DNA from: Camelus dromedarius
Taxonomy: Eukaryota
Assembly (NCBI RefSeq): GCF_036321535.1
Contig: NC_087436.1
Span: 91,142,001-91,206,000, forward strand
Length of the DNA: 64,000 bases
Reading direction: 5' to 3'
Part shown: positions 39,894-53,089 of the stretch, piece by piece
Layout of the letters: the number at the start of each line of letters is the position of its first letter
How positions within the stretch are numbered: the stretch's first letter is position 1
Made by a program: the position numbers and the translations under genes
Notes under the pieces: generated by a model
Database searches by the model: none
What the model was told of the DNA's origin: nothing
What the model saw: only the letters and a program-made list of their open reading frames with translations

Positions 39894-41990
39894 GTGTTAC
39901 ACAGACGATCAAATTCAAAGTAATTGGAGAGCTGTAAATATAATTAACACTGGCATACTAAATACCACTAAATACTTTTACATTAATGATTCATAAGATA
40001 CTTTACTATTCTGACAGTTACTATCCAGAAACATTATTGTTCATGCATAGTAGTTTTCTAAGAATGCTCGTTTGAATTTTATGACTGATTCTTAAAAAAT
40101 TTAAGTTTCTTAATAGGCCTTTTTTCATGTATTTTTTTGAGTGACCATCAGTAGCTACTCTGTTTTGAAAAGATAGTACATTTATTAACGTTATTGTCAT
40201 ACTTTTAATTTCTTATTTCCTAATTTTTTGTTTAACCACCTATTTTTAGCCTCCCTGGTGTGGGAATAACTGTAATGTAGTTTTAGACTTTTTTTTGACG
40301 CTAATTTGTAAGGATTATACGATTTGCAAGACCAAATTTGTATTCTTCTTTGAACTTTATAACTTTAGGAAAACAGCATAACCTTTGTTTTTGACCCTAC
40401 CCTGTCTCCTTTACCTGATCCTCCTTTTGAAGAGCCAGCCAAGCTGCAGTTTGCTGTTATAATACTTCTAAAAATACCATACTCATTTAAGGCCACAGAA
40501 CTATGCTCATTACAATCAATGCTTAAATAAGGAGGGAGTACAACTCCGCTGTTGTCACAATATTGCATCTTTCCCACATTTTGTGGCGTAACTGTTTCCA
40601 GCAGGAATTGGGATTCAGTGTCAGCACTTTTCCCAACTATGACGTGGCAGTGATCAGTATTCTTACTTTGTAGGCTTGGAGGAAAGTGCTTCTTTGTCCT
40701 TATCTGTTCTGACAATTTGATATATTTAGGCTTATCTCATGAATATCATTTGGCGATATTTTTGGTGTCTAGTAAAAATAGATGTTTTTCAGCTGTACAG
40801 AGCTATAGTTTATAATAAACTTTATATTGCAATGTTCAAGGAATAAATTATGATGAATTGAGACCATTCTCTGCCAGAAAGCCAAATCTCACCATTTTAT
40901 ACTTTTCCTCATTTAGCCCGGGGGGGAAGTCACATACACCATTCAGGATTATCTCACCTGGCTATTCTTAGCTCCAGAAGTTTTTCATCAGCAACTTGAT
41001 GAGAAATACTTAGTAAGCATCTTTTCTCATGGTACTTTATGTGAGTGAAACAGCCTCTGACCTTTGGATGCTCATGAATATTGGCAGGGGGAACCAAGGT
41101 GGTTTGGAGCAATTCAGAGTCCTTTCCAAGCACACTCAAAACATTTAACTAAAATCTGACTGTAATGTTCTGCCTGATCTGACTCAGCAGTAGTTGAAAC
41201 TGTGAGATTAAAATCCCAACCCAGAAGCTCAACTTGTGATTCTTTTAGGATTCACAGGCTATGGTCAGTAAATGTTATTTAATATATATTTAATGACTTG
41301 TTTTGCAGAAGGCCATGTACATCACTGTAGGAGGCTTCTAGAACACTGCCACGATAGGAAAGGGCCACGTGATGCACCCACTCAGAGGACCAACTCTCTC
41401 TTCTTCCATAAAACCTTAATGTACTTTCTCAGCAGCAACTGAAAAAAAAGGAAGAGGCCTATTTAAGTTTTAGGGATAGTGAAAACCTATGGGTCTACTT
41501 CTCTGAGTTAATAGAATGATCATTAGTCTAAATAGCAAGATCTATCTGGGTTGAGGGTTTTGGCTGCTTCACCAAAAATTTGTTCTCCACCTGTCTGCCA
41601 GAGTTTCTAAAATTTTCAAAATTGGCAAGACTCTGTAAGAGTCTTCTTTTCAGCTTGTACTGAGATTTGGCACAGCCTTGAAATTTAGGCTACACCTGCT
41701 GTTTGGCTTTAGCATCAGGCTCAGGAAGCTTGGTTTGCTGACTGCCATCTCTGTCATTTCTGGCAACCCTGAACTTGTGTGATCGTGTGGAAGGCCATCA
41801 TATGGTGGTACGTCTAATCGATGCAATAGGAATACAAAGTATGACATTTGTTTTGATTCTGAAAATCTGAAGATATGTTTATTGTTTTTGAATTTTTTAA
41901 TTGTAGTAAAAGACATGTAACATACAACTTACCGTCTCAGTCACTGTGTGCAGCTCAGTAGTGTTAAGTGCACTCACATTGTTGCACAAC

Positions 41991-42320
41991 TGTTTTGGTC
42001 TGTTTGGGCGGCTATCACAGACTATCATAGACTGAGTAGCTTATAAACGACAGAAATTTATTTCTCACAGTTCTGGAGGCTGTAAAGTAAAAGATCAAGC
42101 TAGAGGGAGATTCAAAGTTTGATTAAGACCCACTTCTGGTTCTTGGACTGTGCCCTTGTGCTCACGTGGTGTGGAGTCCTCTTACTCCTCTTTTAGAAGG
42201 GCATTAATCCTCTCATGAGGGCTCCACCCTTATGACCTACTTATACCTCCCAAAGGTCCTACCTCCTAATACCTTCAAATTGAGTATCAGGTTTCAACAT
42301 AGGAATTTCAGATCATAGCA
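41991..42320 (-). mobile_element. MaLR solo LTR (MLT1A-like) nested in L1
   Basis: TG..CA termini with 'gcttataaacgacagaaatttatttctcacagttctggaggctg'. TSD acaac / gcaac. Confidence 0.9.
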
Positions 42321-43116
42321 GCAACCAATCTGCAGGACTGTTTTCATTGCAAAACTGAAACTCTATACTCAATAAACAGTTCCTTATCCCTCTTCCCCGG
42401 CCTCTGGCAACTACCATTCTACTTTTGTCTCAAAGAATTTGATTACTTTAGGTACCTCATGTAAATGGAATCATGTAATATTTGTCCTTTTTTTCCCTTT
42501 TTCTTTTTGAATGGCTTATTTCACTTAGCATAATGCCCTCAAGTTTCATCCATATTGTAGCATGTGTCAGAGTTTCTTTCCTTTTTTAGGTTTAATTATA
42601 TTTCATTGTATGTATATACCACATTTTTATTTCTCCATTCTTCTGTGGATGGACGGTTGGGTTGCTTCACATTTTAGCTATTGTTAATAATGCTGCTATG
42701 AATATGGGTGTAAGAATATCTCTTTGAGACACTCACTACTTTCAGTTCTTTTGGATGCACACCCAGAAGTGGAATTGCTGAATCATATGGTAATTCTGTT
42801 TTTAATTTTTTGACAAACTCTCATATTGTTTTCCATAGCCAATTGCATCGTTTTAGATTTTTATCAAACAGTACACAGGGTTCCAGTTTCCCCATATCCT
42901 TGCCAGTGGCTGTTATTTTCTGTTTTCTGTTTTTATATATATTTTTAACATAGTAGCCATCCTAATGGGCATGACATAGTATCTTATTGTAGTTTTGATT
43001 TGCATTTCTCTAATGATTACAGATATTGAGCATTTTTTATTGTGCTTGTTGGCCACTTGTATATCTTCTTGGTAGAAATGTCTTTTCAAGTCCTTTGCCC
43101 ATTTTAATCAGGTTGG

Positions 43117-43137
43117 TTGTTGTTGTTGTTGTTGTTG
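43117..43137 (+). repeat. (TTG)n microsatellite
   Basis: Visible run inside the L1. Confidence 0.9.
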
Positions 43138-46100
43138 AGTTATTGGAGTTCTTTATATATTCTGGATATTAATCCCTTATTAGATGTGTGATATGTAAAT
43201 ATTTTCTCCCATTCTGTGGATTTCTTTTTCATTCTGTCGACTGTATCTCTTGATGCACAGAAGTTTTAGATTTTGATGTAGTCCAGCTTATCCAATTGTT
43301 GTTGTTGCCTGTGATTTTGGGGTCATATTCAAGAAATCATTGTCAAATCCAATGTCATTAAGCTTTTCTCCTGTGTTTTCCTCTAAGAGTTTTATAGTTT
43401 TAGGTCTTTGATCAATTATGAGTTAATCTTTGTATATAATGTAGGGAAAGGGTCCAACTTTATTCTCATTCTTGCATTCTTCATTCATTTTTTTGCATAT
43501 GGCTGTGGATATCCAGTTTTCTTTATTCTTTTGTATATAGATACATAGTTTCCTCAACACTATTTGTTAGAAAGACTGGCCTTTCTCCATTGAATAATCT
43601 TGGCACACTTGTCAAAAAGCGTTTGACCATATGGGTTTATTTCTGAGCTCTCTATTACATTCCATTGGTCTGTATGTCTGTTTTTATGCCAGTACTACAC
43701 TGTTTTGATTACTGTAGCTATGGAATAAGTTTTAAAATTAGAAAATGAGAGTTCCAAATTTGTTCTTTTTCAAAACTGTTTTGGCTATTCAGGTTTTCTT
43801 AAGATTCCATATGAGTTTAAGATGGATTTTTCTATTTCTACCAAAAATGACATCAATATTTTGATAAAGATTGCATTAAATCTGTAGATCACTTTGGATA
43901 GTATTGATGTCTTAATAATATTAAGTCTTCCAACCATAAACACATAATATATTTGCATTTATTTGTGTCTTCTTTAATTTCTTTCAGTGTTCTATAGTTT
44001 TCAGTGTACAACTCTTTTGCCTACTTGGTTAAATTTATTGCTAAGTATTTTATTCTTTTTGGTCTTACTGTAAATTGATTTGTTTTCTTAATTTCTTTAT
44101 CAGCATATTCATTGCTAGTATGTAGAAATACAATTGATTTTTGAGTGTTGATTTTGTATCATGCAACATTGCTGAAATCATTCATTCTAAGGTTTTTTTG
44201 TAGATGAATATTCATTTTTAAAAACAAGTAAACATTTTAGAGGTAATGCTGAGTGAAAAGTCTCATGTGATTTATACTTTGAAGTATAAGTGTATGTTGT
44301 TAGTGTAAGCATAAAAATGCTACAATAAGGCATAATTGTGAAGGCTTCTAATTTTATTAACAAAAATATGTATTTAAAATGTCCAAATAAATTTGGAAGT
44401 ACATTGAAATCTAATAAGTATATTAGGAGTAATTGCACTAATTAAATAGCTTAGGAAGACATTATATTGTTTTTGAATCTACAAATGTTTATATAATTTT
44501 AATAACAGTAAAAGGCAGAATTTAGAGATTTGTGATTTCATAATTCTAATTTTTAAAAATTAAATGTGAAGGTTTCACGTTGAAAATCTTTACACCTTTT
44601 AAGGAAGAATAACATAAAATATCAACTTTGCACTTCCAATATTTCACAAGGAGGGAAACCTTCCAAATTACATATAAGATTCATGATTAATTCTCTTCAA
44701 TCCAGACATTATGGAGAATATTAAAAAGTATGAAGTAAAAAACAAAGTTATAGAGAAAATTGAGGTATATCCTAAATATCTTGTTTTGTTTTTTTTTTTC
44801 CTACTGCAAAGTGAGGATCTCTTTAGGATCGCAGATGTGAAGTTGGGTAATCACAAGAGCAATGTGGTAACTCTCTGTGCTAAGAAATCGTCCTTCCTGG
44901 ACTATAACGTTGACCTTTAAAAATCTGACCATAAAGCATTTTAATAATAACATTATGTTAGTAATTAAATTAATAAAATATCAGATTTATGATTATGTCT
45001 CATACATTTATTACACAATTAAAATATTCCCTTTGGTCTTTTTTAACCTTGGGCAAATATTGATTTTTAACATGCACTCATTCAGCATTTGGCCAAATTT
45101 CATAATTGGTTTACCTCTGTCTTAAGTGGATAGGTGTGTTTAACTGTGTTGTAGAAGTGAGCTAAAAGACTGGAATCCAGATCAGATTAATTTGATGATG
45201 TTGTTGCTGAACATTAAAAGAAAGGGGGTGCTAGGAGGACAGTTGACGATAGTCTATATGATGTCCCCCATGATGGAATAATAAAATGGAAAAGTCTGGG
45301 ACTGATCCTGAGGCTCACAGTAATTGCTACATTCAAGTACATTCAAGTGTGATACTTCAGGAAACAAAACAGTATATGCTAGGAACTTTGTTCCTTTATC
45401 AGACAATGCTAAATTTATCATTGATCTACAAAGTGAATATGAAATATTATAATAGTTTTTATTTAATTGAAGAGGAAATACCTAGCTCCATCAGGGAATT
45501 ACAAAATGAGCTAGTAAAAATTTTAGACTTTGAACATCTAAAATGTAAGTCTCAGGATTTTGTCAGGCTGAAATGGGGGATGGGGAGGAGGCTTTGTGAC
45601 TGGCTATGAGTTTTCTGGGAATATTACCCAATGTTAAAATAAAGGCCTTCATGTTCTGAACAGAAAAAAAAAGCCAAGTTCTGTGTAATTGCTAGATTTC
45701 CACAGTGTGTGTGATGGTCATATAGTAGAATTGATTAAAATTTAAAAATTAGCAACATAAAAATTAATGTAATTTTACATGGCAATAATACGTAATTCCA
45801 TTACCTAGCTTAATATGGTGCTTCAGTCACATTAGATAGCTAATATCCTTTGTGCTATCCTGTGCTATCTCACAGAGGATATTTTACACTAAAGTGTGAA
45901 GAACATGGGATTTTGACTCTTAACCAGTTTATCCATTGTGAAGTATCATCACTCTTTTACCCCTTGCATGCATGTGTAAGTGTGCACACAGACACAGAAG
46001 ACAGACCACACACACACACACGTACATTCACACACTCACACCTGGTTTTACTCCACTTTGTGGCTTCTGTTTTAGTTTCCATGGACTAATCACATAATTT

Positions 46101-46279
46101 ACGCAGAATCTGTCAAAGACTCCATGTAAACAGTGTTACTGTTCAGTCCTCATGTGAGGCCCAATAGTAATTCTCAATAGTTTATCAAGTGTAATCCCAG
46201 GATGTGCTCCTTTCAGAAGATTAGGGACAGTTGTAAACAATTTGATGTTATTTGGTCTTTGTTTCTTCATTTAAATTGC

Positions 46280-46430
46280 ATGGCCAAAGAGTAGGCGACT
46301 TTTACACCTTGATTTTAGCCCACTAAGATTGATTTTGAACTTCTAACCTCTCAAACTGTAAGGTAGTAAATTTATGTTGTTTTAAGCCACTGAATTTTTA
46401 GTGATTTGCTACCAGAGGAAACGGCAGCTG
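46280..46430 (+). mobile_element. MLT1 LTR 3' fragment
   Basis: 'acaccttgattttagccc..gaacttctaacctctcaaactgtaagg..ttgttttaagccactgaa'. Confidence 0.75.
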
Positions 46431-46684
46431 TAGGAAATTAATTCGACCCCAAAATATTTGTGTGGATTTCTTTCTGATTGCTTCATTAGAAAAAAATAAT
46501 CATTACATTTTTCATTGCAGTCACTAATAGTTAATTCAAAACCATTTTAAATCAAGGATATGTGAACATTTTATCCTAATATCTTGTTCACTCATTGATG
46601 TATACACACACACACGTGTGTGGTATATATATTGTATATATAAAGAAGGATGCTTGATTAAAATTGTCATCTGCGTGTTAGTCT

Positions 46685-47278
46685 GTGGCAAGAAGCTTGT
46701 AAGGTGGTCGCCCATTGATCCTACTTCCTGGTATTCATGCTCTTGTGTTATCCTTTCCTTGAGTATGGGCTGGGCCTGGTGACTCCCTTCTAATGAATAC
46801 AATCCAGCAAAAGTGATGGGGTGTCACTTCTTGGATTGGGTTATAAAAAGGCAAAGACTTCCATCTTGGATGTTTACTCTTGACCTCTTACTCATTCATT
46901 CTCTCTGAGAGAAGCCAACTGCTATGTTGTGAGTGCCCTGTGGAGAGATCCACGTGACGTGGACCTGATGGAAATGGAAATCTCTGGCCAAACCTATAGC
47001 TAGTGATGAACTGAGGTTATTGATCCAACAGACATTAAGAAACAGACTCCTGCCATGTGAGTGATCTTGGAAGCATATTGTCTCCTAGTCAAGCCTCCAA
47101 GTGAGATCACAGCTCCAGTGGACAGTCTGGTTGCAACCATATGAAAGATCTTGAGCCAGGGCTGTAATGCAGGCATTACTAACCCATAGAACTGTAAGAC
47201 AGTGAATATTTGTTGTTTAAGTTGTCGTGTTGTGGGGTATGGGGGCTGTCTTTTCATGTGAAACCTCAAGAAATACAA
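46685..47278 (+). mobile_element. MaLR solo LTR (MLT1F/G-like)
   Basis: 'gatcctacttcctggtattcatgctcttgtgttatcctttccttgagtatgggctggg..gaagccaactgctatgttgtgag..gaactgtaagacagtgaatatttgttgtttaag'. Confidence 0.85.
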
Positions 47279-47489
47279 GAGCTCTAAATTTCATTCTGGC
47301 CTTCAGGTTGTTAAGACTGTCTATTCGTAAAGGTAGGAGGCTAGAGCATATTTTATTTAACATTAGGTTATCTTGATTTATACATTTTAACTAGTCATAT
47401 GGTATGCAGGCTTCTTTTACATTTTTTACCCTGGGTGCTGCAAACGTTAGTGTCAGGACTTCCCTCCAGGATTATTTCCCCCTGCTTCT

Positions 47490-47810
47490 CACTCATTCCA
47501 GGTGCTCCAGACACATCCAGTCTCTCCCAGATGTCTCAGCCTTCCATGCTGCTTGATGCTTTTGCTCATACTGCCTCCTCCACCAGGAATACCCTTTCCT
47601 ACTTTTTCATCTAAGAACCTGACACGTATTTTTGGAGACCCAGAACCGAAGTTATCTCCAACCTCCTCTGGTCACAGTTAACCCTTTACCTATTGTGGCT
47701 CCTTTTAGTCTTACTACTGCTCTGATATCCCTGACTGGAATGTGAGCTCCCTGATGGAAACAACTGCATTTTGTTACGTCTATATTCCCATTGCTTTGCT
47801 CATAGTAGTA
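47490..47810 (+). mobile_element. L2 3' fragment
   Basis: 'cttttgctcatactgcctcctccaccaggaataccc..gaatgtgagctccctgatgg'. Confidence 0.65.
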
Positions 47811-48894
47811 ACAATGAGGGAAGACATAGGTTTCTCAACTATCTCGATGGCGTGAGATGAAAATCACTTAGTTTTCTTCTTCCTGTTGGTCCTAGCTGAT
47901 TGAAAACATCTGTACTAGATGTATAGGTAATTAGACTGAAAAAAACTCATCATTTATAAGAAGCCGCCATAGGCCCAACGTGCATGCCTCTCCGGTAAAA
48001 CCACGTTGAGAGCTTGAGGCTGCAGAAGGGCTGGGGGCCCTGCCACCTTTTCCTAAATCTCAGCTTCAGGACTTTTTGTAGGGAGGGCGCCTGAATACAT
48101 TTGCCGTCCAGCTGTCTGGGACATTACAATCCTCATGCAGCCATGAGTGAACAGGCTATGGAACTCCACAGGATATGAGAGGAGAGCTGTAGTTCTATCT
48201 CAGGAAGGAAGGCTTCAGGCCGTTTCCTGCAGCCTCTAGGTCTGCTAAAATGTAGGTCAGATTCTTCTCATCACATGCCAGCCCTCTGCTCTGTGTTGAT
48301 CGTTCTTTCTCCTCCAGGAGCGCCTTTGTGTACTTCTTGTGCATTAGTCTACACTTTGACTTTGGGCCTCCCCATCAGTGTAGAGTGAAAAGCTGTGCGA
48401 TCTTCTAGAAAGCTGTAGACAGTCTAGGCTAACACATACTGAGCATTATCTAAGTGAAAGACTGGTTTTGAGGAGTGCCCCAGTTCTTCTGAGAAGACTG
48501 TAGTCTTCACTTACCTTGCTGTGTAGCTGTCTAAACTATTTGGTGTTATTTATAAAGGATCGTACTTTGGGAGAAATAGACTTAGATATCTTTAATGAGG
48601 CCTGACTTTTCAGTGCAGCGAATGAAGTGTGTGAAATTTCACAATTTCTAATCCAAGGATTTTGTAAACTCTTGGAGTATTGACTGGATGTGAGTGAGAG
48701 AGGCGGAAAGAAGAGAGAAGGAAAAGAGACTGGGGCCTGGGGAAGAGAGGCAGGAACAGTGGGAAGAATGAGATAAGAGAACAAAATTTGCTCAGTGATT
48801 TAATTCTGTTGCTTTATTCAACATATTATTTATCACCAGTTTGGGGCCAGGAATAATGTTAGTCCTGGACAAACACCGATGATTAATTTTTAAA

Positions 48895-49145
48895 AAATAG
48901 CTAAACTTGTATAGTACTTATGATGGGTTGGGTCCCAGAATAAATGCTTTAAAATATTGAATCATGTTATCTTTATAACAACCCTATGACATAAATATTG
49001 TTATGGTTCCCATTTTACAAATGAGGAAACTGAGGAATAAACAGATTAAGTACATACAGTGTTAGAGCCACGGAGCATGGGGCTGGTATGTGATCCCCGG
49101 CAGCCCTGCTCTGGATCCCTTGCTCTTAACTACAACCTGTACTGA
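48895..49145 (-). mobile_element. MIR SINE, apparently inserted in an L2 fragment (48790-49360)
   Basis: 'acaaccctatga..cccattttacaaatgaggaaactgagg' flanked by antisense L2-like text. Confidence 0.8.
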
Positions 49146-50959
49146 GGCTTCCTGAGGGTCTCCGGTCCCTGAGCCCTGTCGGTGTCGTGAAGGACGGGGT
49201 AATGAGTAGACATGTGTTAGGATGAAGAGCATAGGGACCCTCCAGGAAAGACGTCTCTCCCAGGGTTCCTGAGTTAGTAAAGGATTCCAGAGAAGGTAAG
49301 GTTATGCCCGCTGGTAGTGGAGGTCAGCCAGGTGAGGGGAGGAAGAAGGAGGCTCAAGGAAGATGAGCTCCATTAATAAAGGTAAACATTTTGCATTTAC
49401 TTTCTACAAAATAAGTAGTATTTGCAACAGATGCATCATCCTATGTTATTGAATAGAGAAATGTCCCTCCATATTTTATGAGCTCATGAAACCTATCATA
49501 TGAATGGATTTCCAAAATCACTGATAAGGCTGGGATTTTAATTATAGCTGTGCTGTCCTGAAAGATGATGTGGGGTTATTTCTCTGCACCAAGCAGCACC
49601 TTGTAACAGTGTCCCAGGTTTTTAAAATAATCTAAGCAGTGTCTCCAAAACGTGGCCTGATTTTTGGAAGCAAATATTGAGACCCAGTTCTGTGCCTGGA
49701 AAGGCATCCTGTTACTGACCTTAAGACCTTTCCTTTCAGACACAGTAAAGGATGCTTATTAATCAAAAACACACTGGATTTTGAAGCAGGTTTGCAAGCA
49801 AAGTAACTGAAGGAGAAATGTCCCAGGGCCTCTTTTCATAGAAATGGTTAATCCCTTAAAAGATGTTCTTTTTTAATTGTTCTTGACTGCTTTACCTCCC
49901 TTTCCTCCCCTTCAGCATCCACCTATCTGTGTAATATGAGTCTTCTGTGCTGTCACCTCCTCCATAAACTGCCTTCGTCCCTCCTGCCCCTGGCTGATCC
50001 TCCACACTTGTGTCTGTACCCTCACTATAGCTTCAGTGTCATCAGTGCACCGGCCTCATGCACTTAAAATTCTCAGTTCCTCTGTTTGTCTTTCTCTGGA
50101 CTTCAAGCAAGCCCCTTGAGAGAGGGGACTTTACTATATTCATTCTAATGGACTGTATGATGCATTGTGCTCATTGAAAGTCTGGATCACCTAGCACCAC
50201 TAAAATATTGTCAAGAGGGCAATGATGCTGTTTCCATCAGAAAAAGAAAATGCATGGATCCCTAGAAGTACAAAGATTGTCACCAGTATTTACCAATAGT
50301 TACTTTAAAAAATTTTTTTGCATGGTCAAGATTGACCTGAAGTAGACGATCAGCAGAATGTAGCTCTAAGCACCACATAAATTATCTGGAGCAGAAATTG
50401 AGAGAATCAGGCAGGAAAATAAAGCTAAAACAAAAATTTAATACTGGCTAAAAAACTAATCAAAGGATAGGAAAGGGAAGAAAGTAGATTCTTTTGGTTA
50501 ACTAACAACTAACTTCATTTCATTTCATTATCCTAATAAACTTGGGATGTTACCAATTTTATAATATAGATACTAAGGCACAGCAGGGTTGTAACTCATA
50601 GGAATACTAACAAGAGAGAACACTTTAACAATATGAAATTTGTATTCACACTTGTTTATATGTACATGTTTCAGGATTGACCTTAATTCCAGGCTATAGA
50701 CACAGAATATATAGGTTTGTATTCTGCTTACTTTGTATAATATTTTGTTGGAAGCAGTCTTCAGTGCTCTTAAAACCCTTTGAAAATATACTTTTATGAC
50801 TGCCAATATTCTATTCATTTATCAACCTATTCATTCATCAGCCATTTACTGAACATTCCCGTGTGTCGAGCAGAGTACTCTACTCCAGGGATGCAAAAGC
50901 CAAGAGGTAAAGCTCCTGTTCTCTTGTAACTTATTTCAAAGATGTAATTTATGTGGTCA

Positions 50960-51379
50960 GGACTGTTGGTTGGCTCACTCAGCTGTCATTTCCATCTCCT
51001 TCTCTCTACTTCCAGGAATTGAGGCTGGAAAAGAAATAATCTTTCACACTTGTCTTCCAGCTAGGGTTGTCAGTGTAACCCATTTATGGCTTATGGGATT
51101 TAAGTAAAAGTCTTCTGCTAGATTTCTGGGAAGTTTCTGCTTTGTTGATAAAAAGGCCTGGTATGCTAAGATTTTTTTAGATCTTTATCCTGTTCTTTCT
51201 ACCTTGAAAGAAGCCATGTCTGCTGTCTTTCAACTATGAGAATGCAAACAACATTCGAAGGCTGTTAGATCAGGAATATAGAAAAATTCTGGCATTGCTG
51301 AGCATCAAAGGCGTGTGAGCCACTACTTCTAAGTAGACTTATTATGTGAGAAAAATTAACTCTTATAAATAATTTATAT
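50960..51379 (+). mobile_element. Old ERVL/MaLR-type LTR split by the young L1 (remainder at about 53034-53090)
   Basis: 'gatttctgggaagtttctgctttgttgataaaaagg..gacttattatgtgagaaaaattaactc' resumes after the L1 as 'cattagtcagatttcctgttatttgcaac'. Confidence 0.6.
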
Positions 51380-51397
51380 AAGAATTAATATAATTCA

Positions 51398-52986
51398 AAG
51401 ACCTACTATTGCCAAAGCATTACTGAAGAAAAAGAAAGAGGCTGGAGGAATAACTCTCCCAGACTTCAGGCAATACTATTGAGCTACAGTCATCAAGACA
51501 GCATGGTATTGGTACAAAAACAGACATATAGACCAATGGAACAGAATAGAGAGCCCAGAAATGAACCTACAAACTTTCGGTCAACTAATCTTCAACAAAG
51601 GAGGCAAGAATATACAATGGAATAAAGACAGTCTCTTCAGCAAATGGTGTAGGGAAAACTGGACAGCAGCATGTAAAGCAATGAAGCTAGAACACTCCCT
51701 TACACCATACACAAAAATAAACTCAAAATGGATCAAAGACTTAAACATAAGGCAAGATACAATAAACCTCCTAGAAGAAAATATAGGCAAAACATTATCT
51801 GACATATATCTGAAAAGTGTTCTCCTAGGGCAGTCTATGCAAGCAATAGAAATAAAAGCAAGAATAAACAAATGGAACCTAATTAAACTTACAAGCTTCT
51901 GCACAGCAAAGGAAACCATAAGTAAAACAAAAAGACAACCTATGGAATGGGAGAAAATTTTTGCAAATGAAACCGATGAAGGCTTGATCTCCAGAATATA
52001 TAAGCAGCTCATACGACTTAATAAGAAAAAAACAAACAACCCAATCCAAAAATGGGCCAAAGACCTAAACAAGCAATTCTCCAAGGAAGACATACAAATG
52101 ATCAATAGGCACATGAAAAAATGCTCAATATCACTAATTATCAGAGAAATGCAAATCAAAACTACAATGAGATATCACCTCACACCAGTCAGAATGACCA
52201 TCATTTCAAAGTCCACAAATGACAAATGCTGGAGAGGCTGTGGAGAAAAGGGAATCCTCCTACACTGCTGGTGGGAATGCAGTTTGGTGCAGCCACTGTG
52301 GAAAACAGTATGGAGATTCCTTGAAAGACTAGGAACAGACCTACCATATGACCCAGGAATCCCGCTCCTGGGCATATATCCAGAAGGAACCCTACCTCAA
52401 AAAGACACCTGCACCCCAATGTTCATAGCAGCACTATTTACAATAGCTGAGACATGGAAACAGCGTAAATGTCCAACAACAGATGACTGGATAAAGAAGT
52501 GGTGGTATATTTATACAATGGAATACTATTCAGCCATAAAAACCGACAACATAACGCCATTTGCAGCAACATGGATGTTCCTGGAGAATGTCATTCTAAG
52601 TAAAGTAAGCCAGAAAGAGAAAGCAAAATACCATATAAGATTGCTCATATGTGGAATCTAAAAAAAAAAAAGGAACATAAATACAAAACAAACAGACTCA
52701 TAGACATAGAATACAAACCTGTGTTACCAAGGGGGAGGGAGGTGGGAAGGGATATACTAGGAGTTCAAAATTTGTAGATACTGACAGGCATATGTAGAAT
52801 AGATAAACAAGATTATACTGTATAGCACAGGGAAATATATGCAAGATCTCGTGGTAGCTCACAGCGAAAAGGAAATGTGACAATGAATATATATATATGT
52901 TCATATATAACTGAAAAATTGTGCTCTACAGTGGAATTTGACACAACATTGTTAAATAACTATAACTCAATAAAAATGTTTAAAAA
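51398..52986 (+). mobile_element. Young 5'-truncated LINE-1 (ORF2 C-terminus, 3'UTR and A-tail), camelid-type
   Basis: Translation gives the L1 ORF2 C-terminus ([64 protein letters not shown]). A 3'UTR with AATAAA and an A tract follows. Exact 18-bp TSD aagaattaatataattca at 51380-51397 and 52987-53004. Confidence 0.97.
51399..52661 (+). pseudogene. L1 ORF2 fragment (post-RT region and C-terminal CCHC zinc-knuckle domain), non-functional
   Basis: The 366-aa ORF 51561-52661 matches L1 ORF2p. The same frame continues upstream through an in-frame TGA at 51480-51482. Endonuclease and RT domains are absent because of 5' truncation. Confidence 0.95.
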
Positions 52987-52997
52987 AAGAATTAATA

Positions 52998-53033
52998 TAA
53001 TTCATATATAATCATATGATTATATATGAATTA
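52998..53033. repeat. 36-bp perfect AT-rich palindrome
   Basis: taattcatatataatcat|atgattatatatgaatta is its own reverse complement. Confidence 0.95.
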
Positions 53034-53089
53034 ATCAAAACCCCATTAGTCAGATTTCCTGTTATTTGCAACTACATAGAGCCTTAATG

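Larger units (their letters stand above)
41880..44190 (-). mobile_element. L1 (L1MB/L1MA-like), 3'UTR plus ORF2, interrupted by an MLT1A
   Basis: 'cagtagtgttaagtgcactcacattgttg..ggcttatttcacttagcataatg..ctgtagatcactttggatagtattg..tgattttgtatcatgcaacattgctgaa'. Confidence 0.92.

Noticed and set aside
51581..52419. Minus-strand ORFs of 192, 66 and 72 aa
   Set aside because: Antisense shadows of L1 ORF2, a common artefact.
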